Shown here in pieces: positions 12,800-25,207 of a stretch of DNA of 45,179 nucleotides. The notes beneath the pieces are model-generated. The model was not told the DNA's origin, did no database searches, and was given only the letters and a program-made list of their open reading frames with translations. Within the stretch, counting starts at the first letter, position 1; each line of letters starts with the position of its first letter. The stretch covers positions 36,651,382 to 36,696,560 of the forward strand of contig NC_068987.1 of the NCBI RefSeq assembly GCF_001194135.2, given 5' to 3'. A program made the translations under genes and the position numbers. The DNA comes from Octopus bimaculoides (lineage: Eukaryota).

Positions 12800-14300
12800 T
12801 ATCACCACCACCAACACCAACAAAAATATACAGGAAAAAACGTGAAATCAACAGCGCAAGCACCACCACCGCCACCATCACAAAAGCCAACCAAAGCAAC
12901 AACAAAAATACACAAGAAAAACAGGAAAAATAATTTTAAAATTTCATGCATAACACGCGCAAATTCAACAAACACCGCCACCACTACCACAATTAACGCC
13001 AACACAGTCGATGAAAACGACAACAAAAAACACAAATCAAGCGTTAACGATTTCGCAGCTGCGGTGTGTCAGGCGCAACAATTATAAAGCTGTTAATGGA
13101 CGATTTAAAAAAGCAAGAGGCATATGAAAATTATTGAAGAAAGCTTACTGTTAACACTCCTGAAGTCGTTGTATAGGACACAGATAAGCAATAACATACA
13201 AAATGATAGGAGTAAAAATTTGTAAATTAGAACAGGCGACACAGCAACATGTTGAAATGTGTCTACGTCCTATGGAGAACAAGAAAACTTACGTTGCTAA
13301 GGGTAGTGATGTGGCACTGTAGGAGTGAGATTTGCCAGAGAAGAAGGTAAGGAAGGACTCCACTTTGGATTTTTGGGAATGAAGACCCTGTTTCTGGTAT
13401 TTTGATCGTAGAGTGGCGAAAATAAAAATTGCAGACATACCACCAGAAATAGACATCTGTCAGTTAGCGAACAGTCTTCCCGCACATCAGGGACAAAACG
13501 AATATCCTGCAGGTGCAAAAACTGCAAAACAAAACTCGGTGAGGCATGAAGTTTTGGATTCAGATAGATCACGTAAATCTAGAAGCAATCCTGGACATCA
13601 CAAATTTTGCAGATGACCCATTGATGAGAGAAAACAGAGTTGTCACCTGAGTAACGACATAAATCCTCTGAAGGCCTTTTGTCCTCGGCAAAAGAGAGAA
13701 GGGAGTTCCGACTTTTGCCGACGCCACCACAACAAGATCAACAGCAGCGACAGAGGCAGGTGACGACTACAAATGCAAAAACAACAGTAACAGTAGATGC
13801 ATCTCCCGTGTTCGGACCAGTAGAACATGTCTCTTTGTAAGTAGGACGACGTAGAGCTTAAATGGCAAAAATCAGAAGGTCTAGCAAAAGAAAAGGAAAC
13901 AAAATCACACCAACACTCACACGAAAACTAGCAGGTATGATCAAATGGAGAAGAGATCTTTCAAAAATGATATACAAACACCACCCCCAAGACCGCCATT
14001 AGAAGCATAACCCAATTCACACACACAACTCTCAGATCTCACATCCCAACACCAGCAAAATTTAAGAACAATAAAGAACTGCTGGAACGCACAAAGCCTT
14101 ACAGACATCATACACACCGATTTTGTTACAGCAACACGCATAAAATTCATCCAAACATCAAAAAACACATACAATGCCATAAAAAGTGAATATCCTGACT
14201 GGATTTCCCCTATGTGCCAATGTGGGCGTGGACCCCCAACTTAGTTCCTTCCAATACAACGCTCTGTTTCTCGAATGACCCATACGGCGTCCTTGTTCTC
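12800..14300 (+). mobile_element. Decayed L1/Tx1-like ORF1 (gag-like) relic
   Basis: Low-complexity T/P/K/N N-terminal ORF (12842-13087) and KIKIADIPPEI (~13416). 13641-13682 translates CHLSNDINPLKAFC, which has exact CX2CX4HX4C spacing; two ligands are each one nucleotide from the expected codon (agt/tgt, cct/cat). Confidence 0.6.
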
Positions 14301-14625
14301 AAGCTCCACACAAAATGTATTGTCCAAATATTCCTTTCCATAATTGTTACACTCGGAAACTTTTCTACCATCAACACTACTTTTTGAAGTTGTCCACCAA
14401 AGGATTTAACTGAACATCAAATATATTGATTTCACAGGTATGGACGAAGTGTAAAGGTCGTAAGAATTTCCCTTCTTTCACTGTCTAATAGATAGGAACA
14501 AAAAGATCAAATGTAGTAAACATCACGAGGATTAGATATCCTTTCTTTGCTTTTACATTTCTTTATGTGTACTCACGAATATTGTATATACGCATATAAG
14601 TATTGAATTCCTACAGTACTGTTAG

Positions 14626-14659
<34 letters not shown>

Positions 14660-14915
14660 CAGAAAGAAAGAGAGATACAACGATAAATTGTGAGATAGAT
14701 TTTGGTGTGATAACATGAAATTTGGTAGTGTGAGCCTTGTGAAGAATATACGTTTTCAGTACTCGAGTTCAAAGACGTCAACGATTTATTCTAACGTTTA
14801 TTGCAACTCTTTATATAACATATTCTAATCTTAGATGAGATATAGAGAAATAGTAGCTGTTGTCTTCTATGTATCAATACCATTTACCCACAAACTATGT
14901 ATCAATAATACTTAC

Positions 14916-15002
14916 CTAACTGCTTTGATTAAGCTGTTATTACAGAACAACACTTATTGTTCATGCAGTATTGGAGTGTTGGAACTGGTGAAGGTGACTA
15001 AT
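14916..15002 (-). other. Candidate spliced non-coding or UTR exon (87 nt)
   Basis: Minus-strand acceptor tattttattttttacag| and donor TAG|gtaagt are both near-consensus. All three frames contain stops. No transcript evidence. Confidence 0.4.
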
Positions 15003-15463
15003 CTGTAAAAAATAAAATATTTTTAAGCATTGTGTGTGGAAAAGTTTTTAATAAAATGTAAGCTGTCAAGATTTCAAAGAGTTTATTAAAATAGCTGAAA
15101 GTGAAAAGAGATTTTCTCGATAGAAAAATATAGAGAAATTTGAAGGAAAAATCTGAACATAATAATGTGAAACAGGAATTATAGACTATGGAATAAGTGA
15201 CCTGTTGTGACATTTGAACGGTAGATGAATGTATTTATAGCTTAAACGTATCTATTTCAAGAAGATGAACAGGGAATTGTGTAGGATTTGAGATTTAAAC
15301 AACACCTTTTGTTCATTAAGTTATCTTAACTTCTCAGATTCCCTTTGATCAGTTTCTCTTTACAAAGCAGAACAACAATGCATGCACACGCGTATGCACA
15401 AGTAGATATATATATAAATACTCGATTCAAATACAAACACACGCACACATGTATGCATATATG

Positions 15464-15465
<2 letters not shown>

Positions 15466-15511
<46 letters not shown>

Positions 15512-15573
15512 CATATATATACGCATACAGTCATACATACATACATACATACATACATACATACATACATACA
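15466..15573. repeat. (TA)n and (CATA)n microsatellites
   Basis: Direct reading. Confidence 0.95.
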
Positions 15574-15661
15574 TAGTTTCGCATTATTGTTTGAAAATAT
15601 AAATCTGGTGAATACAACTTTATACTGGATATATAAGGAGCTTGATTTAGTTGAGAAAATC

Positions 15662-15750
15662 GAATTGAGGTTTCGTTTAGAAAGTCCGGCAGTTGATAAC
15701 CTGCTGACGTGTAGGGTCGACTGTCAGACCTTCAAACGAAACTCTAATTC
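15662..15750. ncRNA. Pre-miRNA-like hairpin (candidate; strand uncertain, minus slightly favoured)
   Basis: gaattgaggtttcgtttagaaagtccggcagttgataacct-(10-nt loop)-agggtcgactgtcagaccttcaaacgaaactctaattc forms a long imperfect stem by manual pairing. On the minus strand a CNNC (caac, plus 15650-15653) lies 17 nt after a plausible 3' cut at 15670. It matches no conserved miRNA that I recall. Confidence 0.35.
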
Positions 15751-18679
15751 AGTAGGGGTAATCCCTGTTGATTACATATACACGTACACACACAGAGCCA
15801 CTCACATACACACGCACACACATACACACTTATGTGTATATATACTTCACTTATATATAATTTACCGTATTTACCGGTAGGCTGCGATTTGGAGTGGTGG
15901 ACAGGTGAGACACATCACTTCAAATATATACCCACACACACACATATATATGTGTGTGTGTGTATGCGTGTATAAAATTTAAAACACAACAAACAAAAAA
16001 TTTTACAAAAGCATGACAAACAGAAAATAAGTAGTTAATTCCTCATCAGTCAACGACTAAAAGATCATTGAAATATCATGCCTTTAACGTTGATACTGTT
16101 CCTTTTTTGTGGTGCCAGTGGAGAAAAACGACAGGGAAAAGCTAACGAATGTACAGGACAATGATGAAAACAAACATGGCAAAATAAAATATACATATAC
16201 AACAAAAAACAGTAGGACCGCAAGACAGACGGATATGGAGCAACGCAAAGGAAAGTTATATACATTGAGAGGTGGTGAGGAAGACAGACAGACAGACAAG
16301 CAGGCTGACTGATAGAGACAGAGACAGAGACAGAGAAAGGTTTGCGGCCATATCACATTGAAAACAATAGTTCTCTCTTGATCAGTGATGTTACGCAACA
16401 TCGAGACTACTTAATTAGTTACACGGTGACACTTGAGAAATTTTGGTATTGTATGCAAAGTCTTTAGTTTAAAATGCAGACATGCTGTGCCGTTAAGACG
16501 TTTGCTTTGCATTCAATTTACGAAACTTGTTTGCCCTGCTCAAACAATAATTATAAGCTATCCAACTTCAGGTTAATGTTCTTGAGGTGGACTAACAATT
16601 ATTGTTTACTTAATGATTAGCAGACATATTAATGGTGCCTTTATTCTTCTTCAAAACTTTACGTTTATTAACTACCATATCAAATCCTGTCAAAAACAAC
16701 AAGCAACAATCTACTCCAAATAATCCGCCTTTTGCATCATTATTTTCAAATACTTCCAAACACGAATCTGTTTTCTCTTATTTCTGGATAATACCTAAAA
16801 CCCTCACTCTTTGTTTTGAATAATTTGTTTGGCCAGGCTGCTCTTTAATTTTCAAGTCTTTCAATAGTTATTATCTGCTCTTACAGGAAATCAAATTTCT
16901 TTGTCACGTAAGCCTTGACTCGTCTCTTTTAATTTATATTCAATCTCTACTTGCCTATCTCACATATTCCTCGTATGTTTATATCCTTCACGCAGAGGTC
17001 GAGTTCAGTGCTATTCTCATCTGTATCTCCTAGTCAGCCTCATTCTCTACTCATATCCTATATTGATAACACCAAACCTCTAAATTTTCTTTGTTTTTTT
17101 TTTTGTCTATCCCTCAATGGCAACTCTCATAGTATCTGTAGATTCACATCTAGCAGAATTGTATTATGCCACGTTATTTACTAGTTCTTTCGACCCAAAG
17201 ATCTTCGTGGGAATCGAAATTGTTAACATGTGTTTCTCATAAGAACCACATTGCCACTATTATATACAAAATTTTTAGTTAAATTTCTAGGAACTATAGG
17301 GTAAAATATGTATTATAATGTTTTACCTTACCTTTAATCAGAAACAAATTTCCTTTGATCTTTTGCAAGTAAGTGTCCTGTGTAATTAACTTGACACTTT
17401 GCACTAGAAATATATGTATTGGATACGATGCCCAACACTATTAACAGAGCAATTGTCACAATGTAAAGAGACAACGTTTTACAACACCCTACCTATTCAT
17501 AAATAGGACACAACTAAGTCCCAAAAGCCAGAATAATTTATGATGCCCAATACAAACGACTAAATGTTCTATCATGGTAATAAAGCTACTTCTGAAAAAT
17601 TACGCTTCCATTTTAATAACTATTTAAGGTCCAGTGAGTAACTCGGCTTCTACGAATTTCAACTACGAATCAGATCTTTTACTGTATTGTTCACATACCT
17701 AGAATGGTACACAAACTATACACTCAAACATCTTTAATCTTCTCAAAATAAAAGTCATTCTCGTCAAAGGCTCCCACCAACTAGTTACAGTCATTGGTCA
17801 CAACGATGTATGTATGTATGTATGTATGTATGTAACAGGTTTCCATAGTGTTTCCATAGGTCTTGTGCATTGGGACTGAAACCCAAATCATCTGGTGGCA
17901 AAAAGAACTTCTTAATCACACAGGCATGTTGGTGTCTATTGATAACAGATTTGCCAAATTATTGCCACTTCTTAGAACAATCTTCTTAAATTTCCTTCTA
18001 TCTAGCAGTTTCATCTTAACTTTATATCCTTCAAATACTAATATTTCAAATTATGTGTATGAAATATAGTAATTATCCTTGAAATTACAAAATTACAGTT
18101 GCCCAGCACCTTTTTTTTGTTGTTTTTATTTCTTAAACCCCTTTACTGAAATAATACCGTATGCTTCGTAACAGGATATGGATATCTCATCGTTTATAAA
18201 GATATATATTATACAGTCCTCTACATCTTCACCCCAAATGTACGTCATATTTTTCATTCCTCTCTTCGGTCTCTTTTCAACTACTGATGGTAGTAATTGT
18301 GATGAGTGTAGAGATGGTAGGAGTAGAACGTCATTTCCTCACATATTTTCTGATGGATGAAAGTTAGTCACACATATTTATATTAGTGTTAAGTGTGGTT
18401 GTGATTGATAAAATGATTCTACGGGACAAAATAATTTACATATTTTTGACTATCTAAACATCAATGAATGTGTTAAGCTATCTTAGGACGACTATTAATT
18501 ATATTTAACCTCAGATTACCTGTGAACGAGCAGATCAACAATCAATGGCATTCCAGCCTTGATCGTCCTGTATTTTATGTAAACATAATGTATTCAAAAC
18601 TACATTATCTACAGTGTTATTTCTTTGAGTCGTTATTTAGCTCCAGATTAGACATCATCCAGCATATCTCTGAATAAAG

Positions 18680-20300
18680 ATGACTCGGCTGCGATCAACC
18701 CACCGTTTAAGCGTTTATCAAACTTTTTATCTCAAACCGCTTTACACTACCTGATCTCTCTAATGTTAATGACGGTAATTTGTTATTCAAGAACATTTTG
18801 GCTGCGATCTCTGGAATGTGGTCAAGTCATTATTTTGTTGCTTGTAGGATTTTTCGAAACCTACCGAGGTTTCCAATCTGCATTCTTCATATATATTTTG
18901 TTTCTTTACAGCCATGTAAACACGTTCAGCTGAACTTCTCTTCCTCAGCTACTTACTATGATCTGATATATCTTTATTAACAGACAGAATATTATAGTAT
19001 CTATACATTGATACCATTTTTTTTTCGTAATAGAAACAAATTATTAGTTTAGTGTTTTTGCAGCCACTCGTTTTGCTCACATTGGTAGGATCATTGTTGC
19101 TCAAATATTTGAGATGGACATTTTATTATCTTATTAAGATTTTGGTGCAATGTGTGAATGAAATATGGAGACGTTTTATCCAGAAATGTTAGATTTTTGT
19201 CTAATCCAGCTTACATCTAATAGCGTTTTGCGTTTATCGCTTGCATTATATGTTCCGCTGCAATATTTCTTATTTCTCATGATACTATTCAATATTTCTC
19301 TTGTTTTATGTTTTGTTATCTGCTTCCAATATATTTTTTCAAAATGTCAGTATTTCTTGTTCTCTAATTTGTATTTTGTTATATTTTGTTAAACTCTCTG
19401 TAAAATGTTTCCTTTATCTTCCTAGAACATTTTATTTTGTTTGTTTGCTTCATTCTTTTATCAAATCGATGTATTCTAAAAATTCCGTTTTCACCTGATA
19501 AATTAATCATTGCTTCTTTATTTCAGTTGTTCATCATTAATGTTAAAACTTCTATACAGCATTAGTTCTTTTTTTTACTTACCTTTTTTTTTTATATTCT
19601 TTGTTATATTTCTGGCACTCAATTGTTATGTATTCTTATATCTTTTTCTCTTTCTGTTGATTTCCTGTTCAAGTTTTCGTCTCGACGCTAATTTCTGATT
19701 TATGTTTTCTTATTTTCTCAAAGATTTCTACACCATTAGTTTAGTTATAACACACAGTGTAGTGTACATTAGTTTATTCATACCCAATATACTTGTGCCT
19801 TTTATTTCTTCTAGAAATATTTACAATGCAATGGTAACTTACCTAAGAAGGTGTTCTCTTCTCAGATGTAACATTATCTTCCTAGTCTTTTATGAATGTT
19901 ATCACTTCAGTTTTGTGTTTTATTTTGATATCCTCTCTCGAACTTTATAACTGGCTTTTCATTAACACGTATTAATGTCCTATTTGGTTTACCTAATTCT
20001 TACTTGAGTGTGTTGTTGCGTTTCTCTTGTTTTAAGTTACTGCTATTGTTGTATTGTTGTGTAGCACGTGTTTCGACGGTTTTTTGTGTGATATCCATTA
20101 TTGTCCGTTGCCATTACCCGCTATGTTGTGTTTCATTACTTCTTTTTTCATATTTTCTTATTCAGTTATTATTACTGAGTTTTTCGTAAAAAGTATTTCA
20201 TTTTCTTTGATAATGTTATGCTCAAAATTCGTACACAGGTATTGTGGTTATTTGTGCTACCCAATATAATAGAACAGTTATGTAATCATTTCGGATGGTT
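18680..20300 (-). mobile_element. Highly decayed R4/Dong-like LINE
   Basis: Minus-strand remnants RKLEQEINRKRK (~19645-19680), RFDKRMKQ..QNKMF*EDK..FYREFNKI (~19382-19470) and GCKE(Q) (~18900) match R4/Dong ORF N-terminal and RT motifs as I recall them. Ends are approximate. Confidence 0.6.
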
Positions 20301-23300
20301 TTAATGTGAAAGTAATTTTTTTTAATGTAAATCCTCAATTGTCGCTAAGATCAGAGTCAATCTCGGTAGAACATGTCTTTGACCAAAAACATTCCCACCA
20401 TCAACACATCGTATTTACACACAAATTAAATATACCTATCAACATTTGAACCTTGTACCTTTTCTTAGAAGTTAGGGTGTAATTTAAGAGGGTACTGGCT
20501 CTTATTTCTATCTTATCGGCTGACCACGTTATGGCTTTTTCATTGTCTTTTATATGACTATATTCATCAGGCAATAAAGAAGAAAGTTAAGTTCGCAATA
20601 TTCAACAGTTAACTTCATATGTCAGAAAAGATCTGCTCAATACAGTCTACTATATCCAGAATGGATTTTATCATTAAAATTTGCTACATTCACCAGTTGA
20701 TATCATACACCTGAGGTGTATGATATGCTTTTTAAAGTTCACATAAAACCTCGGTCTGGTTTTAAATCCCATGATATTTACCAGGAATCTTTCAAAACAG
20801 GACTGGATGTAGTTATTTAGGTTTACAATTTTCCTCAAAATTTGGTGTTAAAAACCATAGTGAATCTGATCAACAACCGTTATTATACACACCAGATAGC
20901 ATTGAAGAGCAGAAAGAACCTGGTATTCAAAGTTCATTATATTCAGTATTTGATTTCAAAGACAAGGGTGAATAGGTGAATATGATTTTGAAAATTCACT
21001 ATATAAATACTTGATTTAATGACTGGAATGCATTTAGTATTCAGGTTACATCATGCTTTTCATTTAAATTAAATACAAACACTGATCTGTTCTTGGAATT
21101 TCAGAAACTAAACTGGTTGACATTAAAAATCAGAGATGATCTGGTTTAAAGTTTACAAGTTTCACTAGTTTACTTTACAGATCAGGGTAATTTTGAAGAT
21201 CGACATGGTAACTTAAAAGACCAGTGTGTATCTTATCTTTGGTTGGTCTTTAAAACCACTATATTCACTAGATGAGAGTAAAAACCAGAGTGAACATGAA
21301 CTTTAAACTCCATCATATGCATTTTCACCATCTGACTTTAAAAAGCTGAAAGGATTTAGTTTTTAAAGACCTCTATATTCACCAAATGACATTAAATGTA
21401 AGAGTGATTCAAATCTTTAAAATCCTATTGTAGTCACCAGATGTCTTCCTATAAGGCAGATCTGGATATGATCTTCAAAATCAAATGTATTTCCCAAATG
21501 ACTTTAAAAACCAGATAGAATTTGCTTTGTAAATTCCAATATATTAACCTGCTGACATTAAAAACCAAGGTGGATCTGGTCTTTAGTGTCTATAATAATT
21601 ACCAAGTAACTTTAAAGACAACAGTTGAAGTAGTTTTTAAAACCCACAATAGTCACTTGTCAGCATCATATACGTGAGTGGGTTTGGACATTGAATTATG
21701 TTATATCACTATATAACTTTAAATAACACATTGGATCTGTGATTTAATGTCTGTTATATTTACAATTTCACATGAGCCACTAGAATAGATTTAGTCTTGG
21801 AATCCACTACATTTCACAGTTGACTTTAAAGAGTAGAATGGAGTTGATCTTCATTGTCCACTATATCCTCCAGGTGACTTTAGATGGGATCTCTTCTTTC
21901 AATTCAACATTTACCAGATGACTTTAAAAACCGGAGTAAACCACAGTAAACTTCATTATATTCACCAGCTAATTATACAGATTTAAGTGGATTTAGTTTT
22001 CAAAGTTCACTATATTTATGCAATAGACTAAAACTCACAGTGAAGTTTGTCTATAAATTCAACTGTATTCATCATATGACTGTTGGACCTGTTTTTAAAA
22101 TTCACTATGCTCAGCAAAATATAAAATATCACAAAGATTTTGTATTCAAACTGGTGTATACATCAGATGATTTTAGAAAGAAAATGTCAGGTCTTGAAAG
22201 TGCACTGTATCCGCAAGATGACTTTCAAGAATAGATTTGATCTAGATTTAAATTTCATCATATTTAGCTTTATATTTTTAATGCCACAAAGAATTTGGTC
22301 TTTAAATAAACTGTATTCATCAGATAGTTTTAAAACCAGATTCTTAAAAGTGAAATATATTCACCAGATGACTTTAAAATCAAGAAATTGTGTGGTCTGT
22401 AAATTCTTCTATATCCACAAGTTTTATTACAGTTTGAATTTGAAAATAAAGGATTCAGAAAGGTTTATTTTGCCCACTGTATTCACCAGCTGATTTCAAA
22501 AGCAAGAGGTGATTTTGGCTTTAAAAAACTCTATAAACACACCAGATGAGATTTCAGAACACAAATGAGTTAGGCTTTTAAGCTATTCCATACACCAATT
22601 AGCTTTATATATCAGAGTGTACCCAGTCTTGAAATATCCCTATATTTATCAGAGGGGTTTAAAAACCCGAGAGCATCTGGTCTATAAAACTGACCACATT
22701 CATATTTAACTTCAGCAACCAGACTGTCTAGTTGAATTCCATTATATTCAATATTTTATTCTAAAAACTGGAGTGAATTTGGCTTTCAAGTCTGTTATAT
22801 TCATCTGTTCACTTCAGACTAAATTTGGATGTGGCTTATAAAGTCACATATTCTCACCAAGTGACTCCAAAGACCAGAGTGCAACTGGTCAGTAAATTCC
22901 ACAATATTCACCAATGGACTTTACAGACCAGAGTGAATCTTGTCATTAAAGTCTGTAATTTTCACAAGATGACTTCAAAATCAGTAAGGTTGTGGTCTTT
23001 AGTGTCTACTATATTTACCAATTAACTTTATAGAGCAAATAACATCTAAATTTTTATTCCACTGCAGTATAGATGACCCCACACTGCAGAAAGGATCTTA
23101 CTTTTCAATCAACAGTTCTCATCAAATGATTTTAGAAACCAGAATAGATCTAGTCCTTAATGTGTTCAATATTCATCAAATAAGTTTTGAGACAAGAATG
23201 GACCTGGTATTTAATTCCACTTTATTCAGAAATTGACTTCAATCCATAGTGAATCTGGTTGTAAAGTCCAGTACATTGTCCTGGTGACATTAAAAGCCAA

Positions 23301-24704
23301 AGAGTAACAAATGTTTAAAGTCCAGAATACTCACCAGTAGATGACAACAGTAGATGTAAATTTAAAATTCACAATATTCATTAGTCAACAAAATATACCA
23401 GAGTGGATCTCATCTTTTAATTCTGCTCTGTTACCAGATGAATTTAAGTAGCAAACTGGATCTTGTTTAAAAATCCACTATGTTTACTATTTGACTTGAA
23501 GAATCTGTATGGATCTCGTCTTGGAATTTCACCATATTGATCAGTAGAGTATAAAACCCAAACCACACTGGAACTTAAAATATTTACAAGCTGACTTTAG
23601 AACCCAAAGTAAATTTAAATATAATTCGACATATTCAACATATTCAATTAAAAACTAGAGTAAGTCTGATTTTCAAATTTACTATTTTCACTATTTCGTT
23701 TTAAAATTTGTATGTATTTATTCTAGAAAGTTTGCTATATTCACCAGTTAACTTTAGAAACAGAGCGTATAAATTCCAATATACATAGTAGTTGAAATAA
23801 TTGGATTTTGATATAAAAGAGATCTTGTTTTTGAAACAAATGTAGTCACCAGAGTAGACTGGTATTTAAAGTACATTATATCCATATGATAACTTCAAAA
23901 AACAAGGGTGAATCTGGTTCATTATATTAACCAATTAATTATACAGAATGAAGTAGATCTGTTAAGTCTACTATATGCACATGTGATAGAAAATCAGAGT
24001 GAATATTGTTTTTAAAATTAACTGTATTCAATATTTAACTTTAAAAATCAGTTTGAATATGGTTATAAAATTGACTATAACCACTATTTCAAATCCCAGA
24101 GTAGTGCTAGTCTTTGGGCCCTCTGTGTTCAACATAATTTTAAAAACTTTAGTGAGTCATCATTTTATTGGTTCCAATCATTTATTTAATGTCAACTATA
24201 CCATTGATAGCACAAAATACTAGGTAAGTTGTATGTGAAGGCTAGAATGATCACAATAATATGTTTCTGAGCTTGCATATTTTTATATATTTGCCATTCA
24301 GCTTCAGAAGCCAGGGTGCAAGTGCTCTTTAACATCTACCATACTTGTTTATTAACTTTAGAAACTAGAACAGATTAACAATTAAACATCGAAACTTGCA
24401 TGAATTTGGTTATTTAAAGTACATGGTATTCACCTGCTGAGATTATTAAAAATTCAAAGTGGATCAGTCATTAAACTCCACTATATTCATCAATAGACTC
24501 TACTGACCTGAGTAGATGATGTTTATAAAGTTAACTGTCTGACTTTAAAAATCAAGATGGTTCTGGTTTATAAATCCAATAAAAACTCAGTGTGGACCAG
24601 GTCTTTCAAGTCCCTTATATTCATCAAAGGAGTTTATGAATATAGTCCATAGGTGAATATAAGTCCACCTATGGACTTTAAGAGTTCTAATTTTAAAGTC
24701 CATA

Positions 24705-24899
24705 GGTTTAGATGTGATTGTATGGTAAGAAGTTTGTTTCCCAACCACATGGTGCTGCATTCAGTCCCACTATATGGCACCTTCGGCAAATGTCTTCTAA
24801 TATAGCACCGGGCCCAACCAAAGTCTTGTGAGTGGATTTGATAGATATAAACTTAAAAGAAGCCCATCATATAAGTGTGTGTGAGAGAGAGAGAGTGTG

Positions 24900-24932
<33 letters not shown>

Positions 24933-25207
24933 ATGTATCTGTGTGTGCGCATGTGTGTGTGTCTGCGTGTTTATGTGTATGTATGTCTTTGTGTCTGTCT
25001 CTTTCCCCCATCACCACTTAACAATCAGTGTTGGTGTGTTTATACCCACTGTAACTTAGCAGTTTGGTAAAAGCGACCAATACAAGAAATACCAGACTTT
25101 AAGAAGAAGCACTGTGGTCAACTCATTCAAATAAAAATTCTTCAAGGTGGTACCTCAGCATGACCACAGTCTAATGACTGAAACAAGTAAACAATAAAAG
25201 ATAAAAA
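24705..25207 (+). mobile_element. CORE-type tRNA SINE with internal (GT)n, inserted in the array
   Basis: Head tgtatggtaagaagtttg..., CORE-like gcaccttcggcaaatgtcttcta, central GT microsatellite, and tail ...gactgaaacaagtaaacaataaaagataaaa. Confidence 0.85.

Noticed and set aside
17332-17377. 46-nt minus-strand exon candidate (DTYLQKIKGNLFLIK)
   Set aside because: An equally good plus-strand acceptor/donor pair overlaps it, showing how easily such signals arise by chance here.
19165-20269. Series of hydrophobic plus-strand ORFs resembling membrane proteins
   Set aside because: Antisense shadows of the A-rich minus-strand R4/Dong relic.
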